A DNA stretch of 9,486 nt, from NCBI GenBank assembly GCA_051294375.1, contig JBJCIZ010000952.1:1-9486 (forward strand), given 5' to 3'. Positions 8,643 through 9,486 of the stretch are shown one piece after another (the first letter of the stretch is position 1; every line of letters begins with the position of its first letter). The notes below the pieces were generated by a model, which made no database searches, was not told the origin of the DNA, and saw nothing but the letters and a program-made list of their open reading frames with translations. This DNA is from Paraspadella gotoi. Its lineage: Eukaryota; Animalia; Chaetognatha. The translations under genes and the position numbers were made by a program.

Positions 8643-8863
8643 GTGGCATTGGTACAGGAGGCAAGTCATTCGCCTTCCATTCCAAAGGTCCCGGGGGGTG
8701 TTAGGCTGGTGGTCGCTTATTCAGTTTAAGATGGACGGAGGGCATTTTACTCGCGGGCTCTGATAACATGGTTGTTACGCCTGATCCGAACGCTCAGGAA
8801 TTTGACTTAGTAGTTGGACACGGTTTGTCACTAAATCAGTAATTAATGTATTACTGCGTTCAG
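8643..8863 (+). mobile_element. tRNA-derived SINE-like element, copy D (more diverged, no leader)
   Basis: GTGGCATTGGTACAGGAGGCAAGTCATTCGCCTTCCATTCCAAAGGTCC...TAACATGGTTGTTACGCCTGATCCGAACGCTCAGG...TGTCACTAA...TTACTGCGTTCAG. Starts at the tRNA head directly after an A-run. Confidence 0.8.
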
Positions 8864-8979
8864 AAAATGTATGAAGTTTCATTCTGCGGAAGCTTCCAAA
8901 TCAAACTTTTGACCTACCCCATTGACATAGATTAGCTCTAGTAGTAAGCTTTTTTTAATGGAAAGTACCATTGGGACAC

Positions 8980-9338
8980 NNNNNNNNNNNNNNNNNNNNN
9001 NNNNNNNNNNNNNNNNNNNNNNNNNNNNNNNNNNNNNNNNNNNNNNNNNNNNNNNNNNNNNNNNNNNNNNNNNNNNNNNNNNNNNNNNNNNNNNNNNNNN
9101 NNNNNNNNNNNNNNNNNNNNNNNNNNNNNNNNNNNNNNNNNNNNNNNNNNNNNNNNNNNNNNNNNNNNNNNNNNNNNNNNNNNNNNNNNNNNNNNNNNNN
9201 NNNNNNNNNNNNNNNNNNNNNNNNNNNNNNNNNNNNNNNNNNNNNNNNNNNNNNNNNNNNNNNNNNNNNNNNNNNNNNNNNNNNNNNNNNNNNNNNNNNN
9301 NNNNNNNNNNNNNNNNNNNNNNNNNNNNNNNNNNNNNN
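8980..9338. other. Assembly gap (also 10-N gaps at 4062-4071 and 9417-9426)
   Basis: Runs of N in the sequence. Confidence 0.99.
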
Positions 9339-9368
9339 CTAAAAAATTTTTTTTAAATAGAAAATTAT

Positions 9369-9479
9369 CACAGTGTGGTGGTATATTCACACCGCCTCAC
9401 GTCCTTCATCGTTCAGNNNNNNNNNNTGGCTCAGAGGGGGAAAACACCATACCAGGCGTTGTGTTCCATCCACACTGTG
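9369..9479. mobile_element. Possible small Transib-like TIR element spanning a gap
   Basis: CACAGTGTGG (9369-9378) and its exact reverse complement CCACACTGTG (9470-9479). No 5-bp TSD visible. Confidence 0.3.
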
Positions 9480-9486
9480 GATTCCA

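Noticed and set aside
8938-9390. ORFs of 123-150 aa
   Set aside because: Artefacts of translating the N gap.

Overview
AT-rich, gapped, repeat-dense eukaryotic DNA. It is most likely insect or other arthropod (inferred from the repeat types, a TCAGTC initiator and short GT-AG introns). No known protein-coding gene is recognisable. The window is dominated by non-autonomous mobile elements. (1) A DINE-1/HINE-like (Helentron-associated) element is inserted in opposite orientation into a T-run of another copy of its own family (2086-3435), making a ~1.25 kb pseudo-palindrome, with an extra tandem copy of the 3' end. (2) Four copies of a tRNA-derived SINE-like element are present, three carrying a conserved ~30-35 nt hairpin leader upstream of the tRNA head. 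(3) A ~600 bp foldback MITE has a TAA target duplication. (4) A possible CACAGTG-ended (Transib-like) element spans a gap. Between these lie a frameshifted, apparently intronless orphan ORF (5015-4131, minus) and a putative spliced minus-strand transcript (~6536-5536) that may be a lncRNA or a small-protein gene. All calls are from manual reading; no database searches were run and boundaries are approximate.
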